Assembly: GCA_963765205.1 (NCBI GenBank)
Contig: CAVXVB010000009.1
Location: forward strand, 1,024,001 to 1,088,000
Reading direction: 5' to 3'
Source of the DNA: an uncultured Verrucomicrobiae bacterium
Lineage (GTDB): Bacteria; Verrucomicrobiota; Verrucomicrobiia; Opitutales; JABDGR01
DNA length: 64,000 bases
The number at the start of each line of letters is the position of its first letter. Position 1 is the stretch's first letter. A program made the position numbers and the translations under genes. This document shows positions 47,831 to 56,596 of this stretch, piece by piece. The notes beneath the pieces are model-generated. The model had not been told where the DNA came from, did not search any database, and saw only the letters and a list, made by a program, of their open reading frames with translations.

Positions 47831-49345
47831 ATGAAAATCAAAGTTTTTTCGAAAAACACGCTGGCGGTTTTGCTTTTGACCACGCTGGGCGGGGGCCTCG
47901 CGGCCTTTGCCGTGACCGACAACCCCAGTTCCCATCCGCCGCTGAAGTTCCAAATTGACAACAAGGCGCTGGATCGCAACGCGTCCGAGCCGGTGAGCTA
48001 CGCGGGCGAGGTGAAAAAGGCGTCGCCGAGCGTCGTTTATATTTCGTCGAGCAAGACGCTGCGCCAGCCGGGGATGAATATAGACCCGAACAATCCGATC
48101 ATCCAGCGCTACTTCGGCGGCAACTTGCCAAGGAACATGATGCCGCGGAATTTAACCGAGCAGAGCCTTGGCTCGGGCATCATCGTGAGCAGCGACGGCT
48201 ATATCCTGACCAACAACCATGTGGTGGATGGGGCGGATGAGGTGACAGTTTCTTTCGGCGAGCCGAAAAAGGATTACACCGCGACCATCGTGGGGCGGGA
48301 TGCGAAGGTGGATGTGGCCTTGTTGAAAATTGACGCGACGGGCCTGCCGGCGGTCACGCTGGGCAACAGCGACCAGTTGCAGGTGGGCGACGTGGTGTTT
48401 GCCATGGGCAATCCGTTCGGCATCGGCATGACGGTGACGCATGGGATTGTGAGCGCACTGGGGCGCGGCGACCTGGGGATTGAGGCCTACGAGGATTTTA
48501 TCCAGACGGACGCGCCGATCAACCCAGGCAACTCCGGCGGCGCGCTGGTGGACGCCGAGGGACGCGTGGTGGGTCTGAACACGGCGATTTTGAGCGACAG
48601 CGGCGAATCGAGCGGGGTGGGTTTTGCCATTCCAATCAATCTGGTGCGCACGATTGCCGAGCAACTGGTGAGCACGGGGCTGGTCGAGCGCGGGTTTTTG
48701 GGAGTCAGCCCCCAGGACCTGTCATCTGATCTGGCGGCGCAATTTGGCGCATCGAGCGGGGCGCTGCTGGCGGACGTATCGCCGGGCACGCCGGCGGACA
48801 ACGCGGGCCTGAAGCAAGGTGACGTGATCACCAAAATCAACGGCGAGGCGATCACCGACGCGCGGCATCTCTCCCTGGCGGTGGGCAACCTGGCGCCGGG
48901 GGCGGAAGTGACCGTGGAATACCTGCGCAATGGCAAGACGAACACAGTAAAGGTCAAACTGGCGGCGCAACCGGCGACGCGGGTCGCCGGAAACATCCGG
49001 CATGGGAGGCAGAGCAACGACGGGCAGAGCGCGACCCCCAGTGCGTCCAAGGACGACGGGGTGTTGAATGGCGTGACGGTCGCGGACATCACGCAGCAGA
49101 TTCGCGCGGAATTTCAACTGCCGACCAATGTGACCGGAGCGGTAATCACGGACGTGGACCCGAACAGCGCGTCGGCCCGGTCGGGTTTGCAGGAGGGCGA
49201 CGTGATCACGGAGCTGAACCGCCAGCCGGTGGCCGACGCCGACCAGGCGGTGAAATTGAGCGACCAAATCAAGGGGCCGAAGGTCGTGGTGCTGGTCTGG
49301 CGCAATGGGACGAGCCGCTACATGGTGGAGGATGAGTCGAAGTGA
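47831..49345 (+). CDS. degP: Do/DegP family periplasmic serine protease with two PDZ domains
   Basis: GSGIIV...YILTNNHVV, DVALLKI, IQTDAPINPGNSGGAL, two PDZ-like repeats. Confidence 0.93.
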   Translation: MKIKVFSKNTLAVLLLTTLGGGLAAFAVTDNPSSHPPLKFQIDNKALDRNASEPVSYAGEVKKASPSVVYISSSKTLRQPGMNIDPNNPIIQRYFGGNLPRNMMPRNLTEQSLGSGIIVSSDGYILTNNHVVDGADEVTVSFGEPKKDYTATIVGRDAKVDVALLKIDATGLPAVTLGNSDQLQVGDVVFAMGNPFGIGMTVTHGIVSALGRGDLGIEAYEDFIQTDAPINPGNSGGALVDAEGRVVGLNTAILSDSGESSGVGFAIPINLVRTIAEQLVSTGLVERGFLGVSPQDLSSDLAAQFGASSGALLADVSPGTPADNAGLKQGDVITKINGEAITDARHLSLAVGNLAPGAEVTVEYLRNGKTNTVKVKLAAQPATRVAGNIRHGRQSNDGQSATPSASKDDGVLNGVTVADITQQIRAEFQLPTNVTGAVITDVDPNSASARSGLQEGDVITELNRQPVADADQAVKLSDQIKGPKVVVLVWRNGTSRYMVEDESK

Positions 49346-49545
49346 GGGGGGCGGCCACTCCGCCGACCCCCAACAACTGCAAAAAGACAATGCCCGATCC
49401 ATTTAACCACAAAACACGCAAAATGGGGATTCTGGCTCTACGTATTTTGCGTTTTTTTGCGGTAAATCAAACGGTCCCCGGACAAAAAATTTCCTGAAAA
49501 TTGGCGGATTTCCAAGGTGGGCGGCTACTGTATAGTATAGCCCCC

Positions 49546-50874
49546 GTGGAAGACGCCGAATTATTGCAGGAATACGTGGAGCGCCGCTCGGAAGCGGCGT
49601 TCACGGCGTTGGTGGCGCGGCATATTGACCTGGTGTATTCGACCGCGCGGCGGATGGTGGGCGACGCGCACCTGGCCCAGGACGTGGCGCAGACGGTCTT
49701 TATCGGGCTGGCGCGGTCGCCGGCGCGGGTGCGCCAGCCGGCGGCGCTGGCGGGGTGGTTGTATGCGGCCACGCGCAACACGGCGGCGCAAGCGGTGCGC
49801 ACGGAACAACGCCGCCAACAACGGGAGACCGAAGCCATGAACCGCCAACTGCTCGACGATAATTCGCCGGCGGCCTGGGAGGCCGTCGCCCCGCTGCTGG
49901 ACGAGGCGATGCGGGAACTCAAGCCCATCGAAGCCGATGCGGTGGTGCTGCGTTTTTTTGAGGGCAAAAGTTTGCGCGACACGGGCGAGGCGCTGGACTT
50001 GAGCGAGAATGCCGCGCAAAAGCGGGTGGAGCGGGCGTTGGAAAAAATCCGGGGGCATTTTGCGCGGCGGGGCGTGACGGCGTCGGCGGCGTTGCTCGGG
50101 GCGACGATCGCGGCGAATTCCGTGCAGGCCGCGCCGGCGGGGCTGGCAGTGGGTGTGGCCGGGGCGGCGCTGGCGGGGGTGACTGTTGGCCCTGGCGTAG
50201 GAGTTGGCACAGGCGTCGCAGTCGAAAGCTTTTTCTTGAAATTTCTTCTTATGAGCACCAAATCAAAATTACTCGTCGTGGCGGTCATCACATTGATAGT
50301 TGCCGCCATTTTGCTATTTCGTCCACAATCGTCACGGGAAATTACCACCAGCACAAATGCAAAGACGGCTTCACCCGCACCAAAACCTGCGCCGCTTATA
50401 ACACAAATTTCTGCGCCAATTGTGTCACAGGCAAACAAGTCCGCAACCGTATCGCAAGCCGTCATCGCGGAGCCTGCCAAAGTTGACCCACAGACAGAAT
50501 TAGGCACTTCCATTGATGACATCGTCAGCCTGCTCTAAGCTGACGATCCGATCTCCGTATTTGAAAAATATATGTCGCCGGATATACTTGCCCAGTGGAC
50601 ACCAGAACAAAAAGCGAAGAAGGAGGAGCAAATGCATGAATGGGTGACGGATCCAGCAGAACAGGAGTTTTACCAAGGTGTAACCTTGGCATGGCTATCG
50701 CTGAAAGACCAGACGCCTAAAATTAATGTCACCGGCGACGAGGCAACCTATCAAATGACAATGCCATACCTTCGTTTTGTTCCTCCCGGCGCGCAGGTTC
50801 CGATGATGCAGCGCATCTTGGTCCTTCAAAAAATTGACGGGAAGTGGTATTTCAAAGTTGGTGACATCCTTTGA
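49546..50874 (+). CDS. Membrane-anchored ECF sigma-70 factor with C-terminal extension, interrupted by an in-frame TAA at 50536-50538
   Basis: D..LL..Y...SEAAF..LV.RH, AQDVAQTVF, LRFFEG.S, AAQKRVERALEK; TM helix after MSTKSK; ORF 50572-50874 lies in the same frame. Confidence 0.85.
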
Positions 50875-50906
50875 CTCCATTTCAACCATTGACCTCTCAC
50901 ATGACC

Positions 50907-52049
50907 TTACCTTTGGGCGGCGCGGTAGAGGAGCCAGCCGCCGAGGGCCTCGAAGATAAAATTGGGGAGCCAGAGGAGGAGGTCGGGGCGGAGTTCGGGA
51001 TGGGTGCGCAGGAGGGTGATGGAAAAGAGCAGGAAATAATATAAGAGCGCAAGGCCGAGCGCGAGGGTGAGGTTGGCGAAGCTTTCCGCGCGGCCGACGC
51101 GCAGAGCCAGGGGCAGGCCAACGAGCGCGAGGGCGAGAACAGAGAATGCGCCCGCGAAGTCGCGCTGAATTTGCATCTGCACGTCCATGCGCCAGATGTT
51201 GACATCTTTGGCCGTGGGATGCGGGTTGTTGGGCGGGGATTGGTCGCGGAGGGTGAGGAGTTCGCCGAGGGTTTGGAGGGAGAGCTTGGAGAAGGTCGGC
51301 GGCGCGCCAAGGAGCTTGGTCAGGGACATGGGTTCGGTGAGGTCGTCGAACTTGGTGGCGGGCGCGGTGTCGTCGAGCATGTTTTCCGGGTCGGCGCGGT
51401 TGAAGGTTTGCACGAAGCCGTCCTGGAGCACGAGGGTGACGATGTCCGTTTGGGGATCATAATCAAGGTGGCCGCGGTTGGCATGGATGGCATCCGTCGG
51501 GCGGTGTTGGCTGTCGAGTTTATAAACCCACAGCTTTTCCAATTGATCACCGTCGCGGGCGCCGACGTGGATGAGGTAGCCGGGGAATTCCGCCACGTCC
51601 GCGCCGGGCTGGAAGAGGCGCGTGGGGTTGTGGCGGAGGTAATTGGCGACGGCGGATTTGTAGGCGCGGTCGGCGGCGGGGGCGTAGTCGAAGTTGATGA
51701 AGAGGCAGAAGAGGACGCCGAGGCAGGCGAAGAGGAGAATGGGGGCGGCGAGGGACCAGAGGTTCAAGCCGGCGGCGCGCATGGCGGTGTATTCGCGCTG
51801 GGCGCAGAGCCGCCCGACGACGAGGAGGACGGCGGTGAGCAGGCCGAGGGGGAGCGCGTAAGGCACGACGCCGGGAATGAGCAGGGCGAGCAGGTAAAGG
51901 AACATGGACAGGTCAATCTCGCCGCTGGCCATGCGGTCGAGCACTTCGCGCATGACGTTGCCGAGCACGAGGACGAAGACAAAGAGGCCGACGGCCAGGA
52001 GCGTGGCGGCGGCGACTTGCCGGAAGATGTAGCGGTGCAGCAGGTTCAC
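50907..52049 (-). CDS. LptF/LptG family LPS export permease
   Basis: LLHRYIFRQ start, EYTAMRAAG, 3+3 TM layout with periplasmic domain, LWLPN. Confidence 0.9.
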   Translation of the reverse strand: MNLLHRYIFRQVAAATLLAVGLFVFVLVLGNVMREVLDRMASGEIDLSMFLYLLALLIPGVVPYALPLGLLTAVLLVVGRLCAQREYTAMRAAGLNLWSLAAPILLFACLGVLFCLFINFDYAPAADRAYKSAVANYLRHNPTRLFQPGADVAEFPGYLIHVGARDGDQLEKLWVYKLDSQHRPTDAIHANRGHLDYDPQTDIVTLVLQDGFVQTFNRADPENMLDDTAPATKFDDLTEPMSLTKLLGAPPTFSKLSLQTLGELLTLRDQSPPNNPHPTAKDVNIWRMDVQMQIQRDFAGAFSVLALALVGLPLALRVGRAESFANLTLALGLALLYYFLLFSITLLRTHPELRPDLLLWLPNFIFEALGGWLLYRAAQR

Positions 52050-52092
52050 GGCAAGAGGTTGGGCGCGGGGCTTGGGGGCGGTTTTACCATTA

Positions 52093-52183
52093 AACCACGG
52101 ATGGCACGGATAGCACGGATAAAGAGACCAAGCCACGATCTGGTGGCCGAATCGCATCCGTGTTATCCGTGCCATCCGTGGTT
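52093..52183. repeat. Inverted pair of nonamer (CACGGATnn) tandem repeats
   Basis: AACCACGGATGGCACGGATAGCACGGAT versus ATCCGTGTTATCCGTGCCATCCGTGGTT (one mismatch over 28 bp). Confidence 0.85.
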
Positions 52184-52416
52184 GTTCGGGCTTTTTGATC
52201 CATGGCCTAACGCTCTCAAAAAGGCCTTAAGGAGAGCGGGCTGGAGGGCGATAGTAACAGGATCGGTCGAACTGTGAACTGCGAATTTTGCACAGGGGCG
52301 GATTTTTTTGTTTGAAACCGCGCGGGTTCAAGACACAGCATATGCACCACCCCACCCCGAACTTTTGAGCCATGCTCCGACCCGGCCTACCCCCTTTATT
52401 CAAAGTCGTCAAATGG

Positions 52417-53229
52417 ATGTTGCCTGCGGGGTTTTGGCGTGCAACGGCCACAGGGGTGGGGGCGTTATTTTTTGTTTCAATCGCGGCGGCGACGAATGCA
52501 CCGGGCGCGCCGGCCAACACAGACCGGGGGTTTTCCACAGATGAGGTGCAGTCGCTGAAAAATGGGGAGGTGATCGTGCGGCGGGATGGCAAAAATTACA
52601 GTTTTGAACTTTCCGCGCTTTCGCCGGAAGAGCAGGCGGCGGCGCGCGCGTGGAAGCCGACAGCGGAGGAAGCGCGGGAGGGGACCGCGACGACGGACTC
52701 GGATATTGAAATCAAAATCGCGGTGGCGCCGGCCGGCCCGGCGACGGACGATGCGAGCAGCCCCGGCCAATTGGCGGCGAAGGTTAATTTGGCGAACAAG
52801 GAAACGTTATGGAATTTCAAGAATCTCCAAGGCACGCTGGTGTTAATCGGGCAGGAAACCGGCCCGCGCAGGCGGTATATTGTGCTGGCGGTACAAAAAT
52901 TTTCGGGTGACTTGGCAGCGAGGGGAAATTTTGAATTCGTGGGGCCGGCAATAATGGACGCAGCGAACGCGGCGCCGAACCAGCCGGGTTACCATTACAA
53001 GGGCTATGTGTTTGTGTTGCAGAATGGGGATGGCAACATCATCCAATTCCGGCATGCGGGGTCGTTCGTGAAGCATGGCAACGAGGCCTTGAAGCTGAAG
53101 GTCGGCGAAGTGTTCGCGGGGCCGAGTCCGACGGGTTTTTCTGCGCCCAAATCGAGGGCGGCTACACCGCGCACGGGCGGTTCGCGGCCGATGACGAGGG
53201 GGCGGCCGAGATTTAGTTTCGGGTTTTGA
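52417..53229 (+). CDS. Hypothetical exported protein with SHD1-like N-terminal segment
   Basis: Hydrophobic signal; GEVIVRRDGKNYSFELSALSPEEQ. Confidence 0.6.
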   Translation: MLPAGFWRATATGVGALFFVSIAAATNAPGAPANTDRGFSTDEVQSLKNGEVIVRRDGKNYSFELSALSPEEQAAARAWKPTAEEAREGTATTDSDIEIKIAVAPAGPATDDASSPGQLAAKVNLANKETLWNFKNLQGTLVLIGQETGPRRRYIVLAVQKFSGDLAARGNFEFVGPAIMDAANAAPNQPGYHYKGYVFVLQNGDGNIIQFRHAGSFVKHGNEALKLKVGEVFAGPSPTGFSAPKSRAATPRTGGSRPMTRGRPRFSFGF

Positions 53230-53279
53230 GTTTCGGGTTTCGCATTCAAGTTGCCGGACATTGGGATCTGCGTTGTCGC

Positions 53280-54500
53280 TCAATTTTTAATGCTCAGGTT
53301 TGGGGAGGGCGCGGCGGTCAGGCCGAGCATAGTGCGCAACTGGCTCTCGACGGCGTGCAACAAGGGGTCGTTGGCACCATGGGGTTCGCGGCCGGGATTG
53401 ACGACGATGGCTTCGCCGATGCTAATGGTGACGCCGAGGGGAACGTAGGGCTGGAGTTTGTCGGTGAGGTCTTCCTGGAAGCGTTCGATGGTTTCGAGGA
53501 GGCGCTCGGGCGAAGGCTGGCCGTCAATATAATCGGGGGGATAGTTATCGAGTTGCTGCGCGAGGTAGATGTCGGCGAGGTGCTGCCAGCGGCGATGGCG
53601 CTCGGCTTCGGTGATGCCGCCCTCGACCATGGCGGGGACGATGGCGGCGCGGAGGCGGCGGACGCGGGCCTGGACGGGTTCGTCGTCGTGGCGGGCACCG
53701 ACCCATTCGTCTTCGAGGGGGCGCAGGAGAACCTGGATGATGCGGGCGAGACGGGCCGCGCGCGAGCCGGTTTGCGTTTGGCCGAGGTATTGAACTTCTT
53801 TTTTGGCCAGCAAGGCGTCGCCGATTTTTTCGACGCGGTCGCGCAGGGAAAGTTGGGGGTTGGATGGGCCGCCGAGGCGGTGCTCGATCTCGGCAAGGAC
53901 GCCGGCGACGCCGGGTTCGAGCGGGCCGCGCACATGGTAACGCAGGGCGACGGGGTGGACGACGAGTTGGCCGGGGGGGTTGGCTTGCGCGCGTTTTTTG
54001 GCGGCGACGCGGGCGATGAGCGCCGGGCCGTCCATCAGGGCGTTGAGGCGGTCATTGGTGCGGCCCAAAAAGCCCTCGGGGAAAATGACGAGCGGGCGCT
54101 CGGCGTGGGCGAGGATGCCGACGGAAGTTTTCACGGCGGCGCGGTCCGCGCCTTCGCGATAGACGCTGAAGACGCCAACGCGCGGGAGCAGGAAGGCCTT
54201 GGCCCGGCTTTGTTTAAAGAGGTGCCAGCTCGACATGTAATAAAACCAGGAGCGCATTTCGCAGGAGAGACGGCCCATGACCAGGCCGTCCTCGTCGCGG
54301 CAATGATTGGGCATGAGGACGATGGCGTGGCCGGCGCGGAGGGAAGCGCGGAGACGGTCGAGGTGCATGAAATCGTAGTGGACTATGCCGTATTCCTTGC
54401 GCAGGAACCAAGGCAGGATGTGGCTGCACATCCACGGCCAGAGCGAGCCGCGCCGGGGCGGCACAGGCACATAAGGTTCTTCGACGACAACGTTTTGCAT
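53280..54500 (-). CDS. PlsC-like glycerolipid acyltransferase
   Basis: PNHCRDED (NHX4D), GVFSVYRE, VIFPEG, VHPVALRY. Confidence 0.85.
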   Translation of the reverse strand: MQNVVVEEPYVPVPPRRGSLWPWMCSHILPWFLRKEYGIVHYDFMHLDRLRASLRAGHAIVLMPNHCRDEDGLVMGRLSCEMRSWFYYMSSWHLFKQSRAKAFLLPRVGVFSVYREGADRAAVKTSVGILAHAERPLVIFPEGFLGRTNDRLNALMDGPALIARVAAKKRAQANPPGQLVVHPVALRYHVRGPLEPGVAGVLAEIEHRLGGPSNPQLSLRDRVEKIGDALLAKKEVQYLGQTQTGSRAARLARIIQVLLRPLEDEWVGARHDDEPVQARVRRLRAAIVPAMVEGGITEAERHRRWQHLADIYLAQQLDNYPPDYIDGQPSPERLLETIERFQEDLTDKLQPYVPLGVTISIGEAIVVNPGREPHGANDPLLHAVESQLRTMLGLTAAPSPNLSIKN

Positions 54501-54631
54501 CTGGGAATAAACAACCAGCTTCGCAGCCCGCGGCGCGAGGGTCAAATTTTTATGCGTAGGGTGAAACTCGATTAGGCTTGTGCGGGACGGGGGCGGGGCG
54601 CTGAAATGGCTCGAGGGAAGACCTTTTATTC

Positions 54632-54904
54632 ATGAAGCGCAAAAAAAAGACCCTGCGCGGCTCCGCGATGCGCGGGGGCGTTTACCGCCATTACAAAGGC
54701 CCGCATTATTTGGTGCTGGGGGTGGCCCGGCATTCCGAGACGGAGGAAGCGTTCGTGGTTTATGTGCGGCTGTATGCGCGGGGAGGCTGCCCATTGTGGA
54801 TTCGCCCGCTGAAGAATTTTACGGGGACGGTGGTGGGCCCCAAGGGCAAGAGCGTGGCGCGGTTTGCGTTTGTGGGGGCCGAGGAGCCGGGCAATGGGGA
54901 ATAA
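54632..54904 (+). CDS. DUF1653 protein
   Basis: GVYRHYKG..Y.V.GVARHSETEE..VVY..LY...WIRP...F. Confidence 0.88.
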   Translation: MKRKKKTLRGSAMRGGVYRHYKGPHYLVLGVARHSETEEAFVVYVRLYARGGCPLWIRPLKNFTGTVVGPKGKSVARFAFVGAEEPGNGE

Positions 54905-54981
54905 TGGGATCGGCCTGTGGACCGTTTTGAGGCCCAAAATCAGGGTTCGATTCCTGGGGCGGGCGTCGTTAAGTAAGGCGG

Positions 54982-56301
54982 ATGTCCGCCCGCGCGAGTC
55001 CATCGGAAAACAGCCAGCGGCCCACGCGGGCCCGGCATGTGGTGCTGGGGTTGGTGACGGCATTGTCGGTGATTTCGTTTGTCGAACGGGCGACGATTTC
55101 GCAGGCCGCGCCGAACATCGAGCAGAGTCTGGGCCTCACAAAGAGCGAAATGAGCTTGGTTTTTTCGGCATTCACGCTGACTTATGCGCTGCTGGAAATT
55201 CCGATGGGCCGGCTGGGCGACCGGTTTGGGCCGCGGAATGTGCTTTTGAAAGTGGTGCTGATGTGGTCGTTCTTCACCGCGGCCACGGGCTGGGTGTGGA
55301 ATCTGGGTTCGCTGATCACCTGCCGGCTGCTGTTTGGCGCGGGCGAAGCGGGTTGCTTTCCGAATCTCACGAAAATCATCACCATCTGGCTGCCGTCGTC
55401 GGAACGCGGGCGGGCGCAGGGCATTTTGTGGTGCTGCGGGCGCTGGGGCGCGGCGATTGCGCCGTCGGTGATGGCGCTGACCCTGACGTTGGTGAACTGG
55501 CGCTGGGCCTTCGGGTTGCTGAGTCTGCTGGGGGTGGTTTGGGCGGCGGTGTTTTACTTTTGGTTTAGCGACCGGCCGCATGGGCACCGGGCGGTTAACG
55601 CGGCGGAGCTGGCGCGGATGGACGGGGCGGAAGCCAACGCGCCGAGCGAGGCGCAGGTGCCGTGGAGGCGATTGCTGGGCAGCGGGTCGGTGTGGTTGTT
55701 GTGGCTGCAATATTTTTGCATGGCTTACGGATGGTATTTCTACATCACCTGGCTGCCGACGTATTTGCAAGAGGCCCGGCATGTGGATTTGTTAAAGAGC
55801 GCGGGACTGGCGGGACTGCCGACATTTTTGGGCGGGATTGGATGTTTTGCCGGGGGCTGGCTGATGCAGCGGCTCGCCGCAAAGTGGGGCAATGTCCGGC
55901 GCGCGCGGCGCATGGTGGCCGGCAGCGGGTTGCTCGTGGCCAGCGTGATGATGGTGGTGTTTACAAGGATTGAAAATGACGTGCTGGCGGTGGCGGCGCT
56001 CGGGGTGGCGAGCTTTTCGGTGGACCTGGTCATGGCGAGCGCGTGGGGCGCGTGCATGGATGTGGGGGGGCGGCACGCGGGCGCGTTGTCGGGCAGCATG
56101 AACATGATGGGCAACTTGGGCGGGGTTGTCGGCCCGATAGTGGCGGGCTTTATTCTGCAAAACGCGAAGGCCGCGACGGGGAATCTGCCCGCGCCGCACG
56201 CGTGGACAGTGGCGTTTCTGATCACGGCGGGGGTATATCTAATCGGCGCGGCATGCTGGGTGTTGATTGATCCGGTGACGGCGCTGGAGGAGGAAAACTG
56301 A
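54982..56301 (+). CDS. MFS transporter (anion:cation symporter/sugar-acid type)
   Basis: ISFVERATIS, GRLGDRFGPR, RLLFGAGEAGCFP, W.P.SERGRA, TWLPTYL, MNMMGNLGG. Confidence 0.92.
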   Translation: MSARASPSENSQRPTRARHVVLGLVTALSVISFVERATISQAAPNIEQSLGLTKSEMSLVFSAFTLTYALLEIPMGRLGDRFGPRNVLLKVVLMWSFFTAATGWVWNLGSLITCRLLFGAGEAGCFPNLTKIITIWLPSSERGRAQGILWCCGRWGAAIAPSVMALTLTLVNWRWAFGLLSLLGVVWAAVFYFWFSDRPHGHRAVNAAELARMDGAEANAPSEAQVPWRRLLGSGSVWLLWLQYFCMAYGWYFYITWLPTYLQEARHVDLLKSAGLAGLPTFLGGIGCFAGGWLMQRLAAKWGNVRRARRMVAGSGLLVASVMMVVFTRIENDVLAVAALGVASFSVDLVMASAWGACMDVGGRHAGALSGSMNMMGNLGGVVGPIVAGFILQNAKAATGNLPAPHAWTVAFLITAGVYLIGAACWVLIDPVTALEEEN

Positions 56302-56596
56302 ATTATCTCGCGCAGAGCCGCCAAGGCGCAGAGAGGGAAACGATTTGGGAAGGCCGGTTTTGGTTCACGGTTGACGGTTCGTGGTTCGTGGGGGCCGCAC
56401 GGTTTCAATTCCGGCCGCCGGACCCCCTCAGGCTGCCGGGCGAAATCGAGGATTGTCTGCCTCGGGAAAAATAATTTTTTCCGGCCGGCCAATAAAGCCG
56501 GGCGGCGGCGGTCGCAGGTTTGCGGGCACCGGTGAGGCGATGAGGCGCGCTTCGTGATTGCCAGACACTCCCCCCAGTCTGCTAAGTTGGTGGTTC

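Noticed and set aside
50536..50538. Stop-codon reassignment of TAA
   Set aside because: TAA terminates other genes normally in this window (e.g. 5655-5657, 10248-10250).
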